From a virus (Duplodnaviria > Caudoviricetes): a DNA stretch of 60,490 nucleotides. Each line of letters opens with the position of its first letter. Position 1 is the stretch's first letter. Under the pieces are notes generated by a model. It saw nothing but the letters and a program-made list of their open reading frames with translations, was not told where the DNA came from and did not search any database. Positions 54,279 to 60,490 of the stretch are shown one piece after another. The position numbers were made by a program, and so were the translations under genes. Location: positions 1 through 60,490 of the IMG/VR virus record IMGVR_UViG_3300035181_000419; one strand, 5' to 3'.

Positions 54279-55743
54279 AACCGCCCGCCCCGCAGTTCCC
54301 TGGATTCCTCACAACTATCAGAAGAACGTGATGAAGTTCATGCTAGAGAACGCGTCGGCGGGGCTGTTGCTAGACCCCGGCCTTGGGAAGACTTCATGCA
54401 CCTTTGGGACGCTGAAGGTTCTCAAGGCAAAGAGCATGATGAAATCTGCTTTGGTCATCGCACCACTACGAGTCTGCTACGCAGTATGGCCCCGTGAGGC
54501 CGAAAAGTGGAAAGACTTTAATGACATGAAGGTGGTGGTGCTACATGGAAAAGACAAAGAAGCCAATCTCTCAGTTAAAGCAGACATCTATGTCATCAAT
54601 CCGGAAGGGCTGGAATGGCTATTCTCTAATCCACGCTTTAAGAAATTAGCCCCAGATATTTTGGTGATTGATGAGAGTAGCCGGTTCAAGAATACGCAGG
54701 CCAAGAGGTTCAAGGCGCTAAAACCTTGGCTGAAGACATTCCGAAGGCGCTACATTCTGACCGGAACACCTGCCCCCAATGGACTACTGGACCTATTTGG
54801 GCAGATCTATATCCTAGACCTGGGAAAGTCCTTTGGCCCCTACATCACAAAGTTCAAGAACGACTTCTTTTATCCTTCTGGGTTTGGGGGGTTCACTTGG
54901 CGTCCGAAGAATGATACAGCAGAGCGCATCAATGAACTGCTCAAGCCGCTGACCATTCGTCTTGAGGATAAGGACTACCTAGAAATTCCGCAGCTTGTGA
55001 CTAGCCCAGAAACCGACATTATCATTGATCTGCCAGATGATGCTCGGAAAATCTATCATGACCTTGAAAAGGAAATGATAGCCAAACTATCCGAGACCGA
55101 AGTTCTGACAGCGATGAGCGCGGCAACCGCAAGTATGAAGTGCAGGCAGCTCGCGAATGGTTGCGTCTACAGACAACTGGAATACGCGCCCGCTATGAAG
55201 GAGGATAGGTGGCACTATGTCCATGACGAAAAGATTAAGGCGCTTGAAGATTTTGTTAGTGAACTTAATGGGAAACCTCTGCTTGTCGCCTACGAGTTCG
55301 TTCATGACATGGAAAGGATTCGTAAGGCGTTTCCAACTGCGACGTTCGTTGCGGACATCAAGGCATCCAAATTCGCTGATGTTGAGCGTAGATGGAACGC
55401 GGGGGAAATTGAAATGCTGGTGGGGCACCCCGCCTCGATTGGTCACGGGCTCAATCTGCAGGAAAGCGGAAACCACATCCTCTTCTACGGCCCCACCTGG
55501 GATTTGGAGCTATACGACCAGTTCATTAAGCGCATCCTGCGACAAGGCAACAAAAGTTCCCACGTCTTCGTGTATCATATCCTAGCAAGAAATACCGTAG
55601 ATTTCGCTGTGATGCGAGCGCTTCGGGGGAAGGCCAAGGTTCAGAGCAGCCTACTCGAGTCGCTTAAGGACTACGCATCTGAGGTTGAGTTCAATCCAAC
55701 CGGAAGCGAAGCGGCACGTGCGATCATGAAGAATCTAATTTAG
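54268..55743 (+). CDS. SNF2-family helicase
   Basis: DPGLGKT, IDESS, LTGTP, GHGLNLQ, QFIKRILRQG. Confidence 0.93.
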   Translation: MLVETARPAVPWIPHNYQKNVMKFMLENASAGLLLDPGLGKTSCTFGTLKVLKAKSMMKSALVIAPLRVCYAVWPREAEKWKDFNDMKVVVLHGKDKEANLSVKADIYVINPEGLEWLFSNPRFKKLAPDILVIDESSRFKNTQAKRFKALKPWLKTFRRRYILTGTPAPNGLLDLFGQIYILDLGKSFGPYITKFKNDFFYPSGFGGFTWRPKNDTAERINELLKPLTIRLEDKDYLEIPQLVTSPETDIIIDLPDDARKIYHDLEKEMIAKLSETEVLTAMSAATASMKCRQLANGCVYRQLEYAPAMKEDRWHYVHDEKIKALEDFVSELNGKPLLVAYEFVHDMERIRKAFPTATFVADIKASKFADVERRWNAGEIEMLVGHPASIGHGLNLQESGNHILFYGPTWDLELYDQFIKRILRQGNKSSHVFVYHILARNTVDFAVMRALRGKAKVQSSLLESLKDYASEVEFNPTGSEAARAIMKNLI

Positions 55744-56099
55744 CATTTTGTTCCTCACCCCCTTGCGCTTGACCGATGGAAGTGCTACCCTTGGTTTGCG
55801 CTACTTTTCTGAATAGGTCCCAAGTGACTGAAACCTACCAGCTCCGCTGTGATCTACAACGCCACGTCGTGTTACTTGTCGGAACCAGTGGCGATCAATC
55901 CTTTTACATCGCCAAGGAGAAATCTAAGGTTGATGTTCTTAAGACTCGCCGTGCAGCATTTGACAAGGAATACTGCATGGAGATTACTGAGTATTCATTA
56001 GCGGACTTCGCTAACCGAACGCTCAAATTAAAAGAACTAGGGGTGCAAATCACCCCTCGGGCTGCGGCCCATCTCAACACCCTCTCAAAGGAGCCATTC

Positions 56100-56480
56100 A
56101 TGGCCAAGGTCCAGAAGATCCAGGAACCCGCGTCGGACGCCCAGGTCGATCCGGTCACCCCCGCCGCCAAGCCTGCCAAGGAGCCCAAGGCTCCCAAGGA
56201 GCCCAAGGCCCCCAAGCTCAACGAGGACGGCTCCATCATCGAGCCCACGCCGCGCAACCGCCGCGAGAAGATCGATGGCGACCGCAAGATCAAGGTGATT
56301 GGCGCGAACCCCGCGCGGCTCGGGACCACGCGCCATGCCATCGTGGAGTTCATTCTCGGAGCTCGGACCGTGGCGGAGGCTCTGGATAACAGCGTGGTTC
56401 GCAAGGATGGCACCGAATACAAGATCGGTATGCCCGACATCTACTTCGCTCTGGAAAACAATCTGATCGAGCTCATCTAG
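56100..56480 (+). CDS. K/P/E-tailed putative DNA-binding protein (paralogue 3); frame open upstream to GTG 55824
   Basis: AAAGGAG RBS; NPARLGTTRHAI...RTVAEAL...DIYFALENNLIEL. Confidence 0.75.
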   Translation: MAKVQKIQEPASDAQVDPVTPAAKPAKEPKAPKEPKAPKLNEDGSIIEPTPRNRREKIDGDRKIKVIGANPARLGTTRHAIVEFILGARTVAEALDNSVVRKDGTEYKIGMPDIYFALENNLIELI

Positions 56481-56496
56481 TCGTCGGTCGCCATAA

Positions 56497-56535
56497 TTCG
56501 CCCCGTCTGTGGTTTAGTCCATAGCCGGGGCGAAG
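56497..56535 (+). terminator. Hairpin after paralogue 3
   Basis: TTCGCCCCG...CGGGGCGAA. Confidence 0.55.
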
Positions 56536-56551
56536 TTCTCTGGAGTGTCAA

Positions 56552-57508
56552 ATGAAAACTGTGGTGTTCAGTTTCAATCCTCCTACACCCGACGGCTCGT
56601 TGGCAAACGCGCGAACTGCGACTTTTATTGCTGACACGCTCGATGTCCCACTTATTTGTGATAAGAATATCGCAGATGTTGAGGCTGATGTTCTCATTCT
56701 TGTGGCGGGTGTTTTCATGTATTGTCGTTGTCTGCCCGAAGTCGGCGCCGCTGTAGAAAAAGCCAAGCGCGTCGTCTGGGCACAGAATGACTACACCATC
56801 AAGCCCCCGCTTGCGGACGGCATTGCCGAAAGCCCGTTTAGAAAAGCATTCAGGAACCGTAGGTCTGCTGGTCTGCCCGATGTTGATTTCTGGACCACAA
56901 TGAAGAAGGCCTCAGAAAAGACGCCCTTCAGTGCGTGGGTGAACTGGAATCAGATGGCGTATGAAACCCCCATCAGTGACGAAGCTTTTGAGCTGAATCG
57001 TGAGCACGCCATTGAATCATTCATCTACTACGGGGCCGATAGGCTGGGGCGCCGAGACTACTTTGACTGGTATTTCAATGGACAGAAGGCGCCATTGACT
57101 ATCAGTTCCTTTAGTAAGTCAATGTCTCGCTACGAAGATGATGCCGATATCATTCCTGCATTCAAGCGAACTGAGTTCTTTGACCGATTGGGCCAGTATT
57201 CCGCCGGGCTATACCTGGAGGACAAACGCTCGCACGCCGAGTTCACCAGCCCTGCCACGCGGTTCTATGAGATGCTCCGCGTGGGGGTTGCCATGTTCTT
57301 TCAGCCCCAGGCGGTTCCCATGCTGGCGAAGGCTGGGTTCGATGTTGCGCCCTTTGTTGCCACGCCGGGGCAGCTACCAGACGCGCTCAGCAGGGCGCCA
57401 GAGGTGGCTCGCCAGCAACGGGCACTGTGGGGTGGTAGGCCCTACCTTCAGCACCTAAAGGAACAGCTTTTGCGAGAGCACGCACGCATCCAGGAGGGTG
57501 TCAAATGA
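56552..57508 (+). CDS. GT-B glycosyltransferase resembling T4 DNA beta-glucosyltransferase
   Basis: WAQND (cf. BGT YLFTD), FIYYGADRLGRR (cf. VIYGGSFRSGQR), LYLEDK...ATRFYEML (cf. LIIGDK...TLRVWETM); comparison from memory. Confidence 0.72.
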   Translation: MKTVVFSFNPPTPDGSLANARTATFIADTLDVPLICDKNIADVEADVLILVAGVFMYCRCLPEVGAAVEKAKRVVWAQNDYTIKPPLADGIAESPFRKAFRNRRSAGLPDVDFWTTMKKASEKTPFSAWVNWNQMAYETPISDEAFELNREHAIESFIYYGADRLGRRDYFDWYFNGQKAPLTISSFSKSMSRYEDDADIIPAFKRTEFFDRLGQYSAGLYLEDKRSHAEFTSPATRFYEMLRVGVAMFFQPQAVPMLAKAGFDVAPFVATPGQLPDALSRAPEVARQQRALWGGRPYLQHLKEQLLREHARIQEGVK

Positions 57509-58353
57509 GTAATCCTATGCGCGTAGACGACCTGTGCTATTGGATCAAAGAGCGCCATTCCATCTATACCAAGAAGCAGGCTGGGGAGCCAAAGCCTTGG
57601 ACCCAGGACCCAATCTTGCAAAGTTATCGGTTCTGCAATGTCTATCGAAATCTCGATACCGTGACAGAATGGATCCACGCAAACTGGATGAACCGCAGCG
57701 ATCCGAATATGTTCGTGGCTATGGCTATCGCACGGTTCGTGAACTGGCCAGACACCCTTGAAGAAATGGGGTTTCCGTTGCCGTGGGATCCCGAGCATTT
57801 TGTATCGGTCCTACATGATCGCCGGCGCAGGAACGAGAAGGTTTACAGTGGGGCCTACATCGTATCCACTAACGGCCACGCCATGGATAAGGCCGAGTAT
57901 CTCGCCAACTTCGTCATCCAGCCCATCTGGGACAACCGCATTGACGTTCGCCCAAAGAAGGGTGACACTCTTGAGTCCTTCTACCAGCGGCTTGTCAAGT
58001 TCGATGGGCTGGGCAGCTTCATGGCTGGGCAGGTGATAGCTGATCTGAAGTATGACAAGTTCAGCCCACTTTACGAAGCAAGCGATGAATTCAGTTGGGC
58101 GACCAGCGGGCCTGGGAGTCGGCGAGGCATGAACCGTGTCATCCAGCGGCCTCCTGCAGCGCCTATCACTGAGCGGGTGTGGAGGGAGAACCTGACCATC
58201 CTTCACCAAGCCGTTCAGGACAGGCTCGCCCCTTTGGGTATGCCGCCAATCTGCGCCCAGGACCTCCAGAACGCATTATGTGAGTTCGACAAATTCGAGC
58301 GCGTCCGGCTTGGGGAGGGCACCCCGCGCTCCGGATACCCTGGGAGGGGCTGA
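57505..58353 (+). CDS. aGPT-Pplase1-like (5-hmdU hypermodification-associated, glycosylase-like helical) protein
   Basis: ERHSI...PKPWTQDPILQSYRFCNVYRNLD, GLGSFMAGQVIADL, GPGSRRG, QNALCEFDK. Confidence 0.85.
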   Translation: MSNPMRVDDLCYWIKERHSIYTKKQAGEPKPWTQDPILQSYRFCNVYRNLDTVTEWIHANWMNRSDPNMFVAMAIARFVNWPDTLEEMGFPLPWDPEHFVSVLHDRRRRNEKVYSGAYIVSTNGHAMDKAEYLANFVIQPIWDNRIDVRPKKGDTLESFYQRLVKFDGLGSFMAGQVIADLKYDKFSPLYEASDEFSWATSGPGSRRGMNRVIQRPPAAPITERVWRENLTILHQAVQDRLAPLGMPPICAQDLQNALCEFDKFERVRLGEGTPRSGYPGRG

Positions 58354-59345
58354 TGGAATTCCGTGCAAGAAACCTCACGCAGGTGATGGCCGCGTGCCTT
58401 CCTAAACTTGTGGAGGGAACCGCAGAGTCCTCGCGTAACGGGCCGGTGATCTTAATTGACGAACCGGTGATCCTCACTTACGAGAAACCTTGCGAGCGAG
58501 TGCTGTTCTCACCCACACGCGACGCTAACCCATTCTTTCATCTAATGGAAGCTCTATGGATGCTGGCGGGGCGCGACGACGTTGAGTTTCCCACCAGGTT
58601 CAATTCAAAGTTCAGCCAGTTCTCAGATAATGGTGTGACCTTCAATGGAGCCTACGGTTTCAGATGGCGCAAGTATTTTGACACAGATCAGATTGAACTG
58701 GCTGTCAAAGAACTAACGGAGAACCCAGGTTCAAGGCGCGTAGTAATCGGGATGTGGGATCCGATGTGCGATCTTGGATCCACGAGCAAAGACATCCCGT
58801 GCAACACGCACATCTATCTGAGCATCCGGGAGAACTCTGGTCTGCTGGATATGACAGTGTGCAACCGAAGCAACGATGCAATCTGGGGGGCCTTTGGCGC
58901 GAACGCTGTTCACATGAGTATTCTTCAAGAATACCTGGCGGCATCAATTGGCGTGGGCGTTGGGCGCTACCGACAGGTGACAAACAATCTCCACTTCTAC
59001 TCGGATACCTTCAGCGTGGAGAAACTATCACGCATTGCGGATGAGTGTGCATCAGACACGGCGTATTCACTAGGACGTGTCAGTCCTTATCCGCTGATCT
59101 CCATTTCCCCAGGCTGCTGGATGACTGAGCTCCGCGAGTTCCTGGCGAAGCCATCAATGAAGCCTGAGAACTACCACGATGGCTTTTTCGCCGAAGTGGC
59201 GGCCCCCATGTTCGCCGCTTGGGGGGAACGGAAGGCTAATGGGGACACGCATAAAATGAACCAGCTCATAGAAAGCATCGCCGCTTATGACTGGCGCGTG
59301 GCCTGCCGAGAATGGGTTGTCCGTAGGAGTAAGAAAGATGTATAA
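58353..59345 (+). CDS. Thymidylate-synthase homologue, probable dUMP hydroxymethylase
   Basis: RDANPFFH, SRRVV, KDIPCN, RSNDAIWGAFGAN (Asn = dUMP-type), NNLHFY. Confidence 0.85.
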   Translation: MEFRARNLTQVMAACLPKLVEGTAESSRNGPVILIDEPVILTYEKPCERVLFSPTRDANPFFHLMEALWMLAGRDDVEFPTRFNSKFSQFSDNGVTFNGAYGFRWRKYFDTDQIELAVKELTENPGSRRVVIGMWDPMCDLGSTSKDIPCNTHIYLSIRENSGLLDMTVCNRSNDAIWGAFGANAVHMSILQEYLAASIGVGVGRYRQVTNNLHFYSDTFSVEKLSRIADECASDTAYSLGRVSPYPLISISPGCWMTELREFLAKPSMKPENYHDGFFAEVAAPMFAAWGERKANGDTHKMNQLIESIAAYDWRVACREWVVRRSKKDV

Positions 59346-59841
59346 CAGACTGAGGTTCCTTTATGGGGGGCTGGCTACCAAGCGGTTCCACACCCTTCGG
59401 ACTATCCAAGAGAATACCGTCGGCCACCACTCTTGCGGTGTGGCCCTGCTAGTGGCTGAGTTGTCGGAATCAACTCCGCGGGCGGAACTTCTACTCGCGT
59501 GCCTGCGGCACGACCTCGCAGAACACAAGGCTGGCGACTCTCCCGCGCCTGCCAAGCGAGAGGGCGGCTTCGGTGAACTTCTGAATAGTTACGAGGCCAA
59601 ACTCCTAGAAGAGCAGTGGGGGAAGGCGGGCCTGACCAGTGAGGAATTCCGTCTGTTCAAGATCGCTGATTGCTTGGATGGCATCATGTTCTGCATCAGT
59701 GAACGCACCATGGGAAATCGTCATCTTGACGGGGCCTACAAGAATTTCCGTGACTACATCGCGGAACTGCATCCGACCCCTCATGAGAGTTACATCATCG
59801 GGGTCGTATGCGCCCCTTGGAGGGAACTTGTCAATGGATAA
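59338..59841 (+). CDS. HD-domain 5'-deoxynucleotidase (YfbR-like)
   Basis: RFHT...TVGHHS, HDLAE..GD.PAPAK, KIADCLD. Confidence 0.85.
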   Translation: MYNRLRFLYGGLATKRFHTLRTIQENTVGHHSCGVALLVAELSESTPRAELLLACLRHDLAEHKAGDSPAPAKREGGFGELLNSYEAKLLEEQWGKAGLTSEEFRLFKIADCLDGIMFCISERTMGNRHLDGAYKNFRDYIAELHPTPHESYIIGVVCAPWRELVNG

Positions 59842-60058
59842 TGAACCCACAAGAACGGTGTCATTAGCAGAGGCGTTTCCGCTAGAACAACAGCGCATCC
59901 GCGAAATGATAGAAATCTACGGAGAATGTGGCCCTGGCGGTAGACGTATGCAAATCGTCCTGAACGACATCCTGTCCCGTTCAATGCAGGCGGCTGCGAA
60001 TCAAGACGTCGTGGCCATGCTGAAATCCTACTATGAAATGAAGGAGGAACAACTGTGA
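59834..60058 (+). CDS. Hypothetical protein
   Basis: SLAEAFPLEQQRIRE...DVVAML; coupled. Confidence 0.7.
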   Translation: MDNEPTRTVSLAEAFPLEQQRIREMIEIYGECGPGGRRMQIVLNDILSRSMQAAANQDVVAMLKSYYEMKEEQL

Positions 60059-60456
60059 GCAGTCCTAACGAAAGGCAGGTCGGGGGCGGCCACTACAAAT
60101 CTGAGTTTCAGCACTGGGATTTTGTGCTGGGGGTCCTAGGTGGTCGCTATCTTGAAGGATGTCTTACCAAGTATGCGAGCCGTTGGCGAAAGAAAAACGG
60201 CCTGCAAGATCTTGACAAGGCGGAGCATTATCTTGACAAACTTCTTTCCACTGTGGAGGCAAATCAGAATGTCTACAGGGGAACTCCGGACGAAGTCATC
60301 CGACCGGCTGCACGCATGGCTAGGGCGTTTGCCGAAGCCAACGATTTGAACGAACACGAGACTGCCATCATGGTTCGCGTCGCTACGTGGAGCACCACAG
60401 CCGATCTTGAGGCAATTAGGGTCCATATCGCACAGTTGAGGCTTTTGGCTCCATAA
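60055..60456 (+). CDS. DUF3310 (SaV-like) protein
   Basis: QVGGGHYK, QHWD, KYASRWRKKNGLQDLDKAEHY. Confidence 0.88.
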   Translation: MSSPNERQVGGGHYKSEFQHWDFVLGVLGGRYLEGCLTKYASRWRKKNGLQDLDKAEHYLDKLLSTVEANQNVYRGTPDEVIRPAARMARAFAEANDLNEHETAIMVRVATWSTTADLEAIRVHIAQLRLLAP

Positions 60457-60490
60457 ACCAGCCGTTCTGCGGCCTAGAAGTAAACTTTAA
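60244..60490. repeat. Terminal direct repeat copy 2
   Basis: Matches 1-247. Confidence 0.95.

Noticed and set aside
58353-59345. dCMP hydroxymethylase giving T4-like glucosyl-hmC
   Set aside because: Specificity residue appears to be Asn (dUMP-type) and the neighbour is an hmU-associated aGPT-Pplase1; not fully excluded without assay.
1-60490. Prophage/temperate lifestyle or recoded genetic code
   Set aside because: No integrase, repressor pair or host flanks seen; core genes are full length in the standard code and end with all three stop codons.

Overview
Apparently complete, circularly permuted ~60.2 kb lytic siphovirus-type phage genome. Positions 1-247 recur at 60244-60490 with 11 mismatches. 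No integrase, reverse transcriptase, RNA polymerase or CRISPR array was seen. Minus strand 305-28476 holds the virion and lysis genes: TerS/TerL, DUF4055 portal, scaffold, P22-coat-like capsid, lambda M/L/K/I/J tail tip, a Hint-terminated fibre, a DUF5675/holin lysis cassette and a second fibre module. 28500-32900 is a repeat-rich control region with small minus-strand transcription units. Plus strand 32954-60456 holds early/accessory genes, replication genes (primase-helicase, ligase, SSB, PolA, exonuclease, VRR-NUC, SNF2) and a thymine-modification cluster: T4-BGT-like glycosyltransferase, aGPT-Pplase1-like protein, dUMP-type thymidylate-synthase homologue, HD nucleotidase and DUF3310. The best candidate novel system is a predicted glycosylated-hydroxymethyluracil (base-J-like) modification that seems to be written into the genome's sequence. 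Supporting observations: a 930-bp island nearly free of GA/TC dinucleotides (4 counted) encoding a protein with 0 Glu and 1 Asp; GA/TC-poor promoters; GA/TC-rich flanks; three paralogous DNA-binding-like proteins; and a TTTGA direct-repeat box at fixed distance from several -10 boxes. Other highlights are a 100-nt tRNA-like gene with no anticodon loop, integron-cassette-like genes with an attC-like site, and three catalytically degenerate HNH proteins. All family assignments come from motif recognition by eye and memory; no database search was run.
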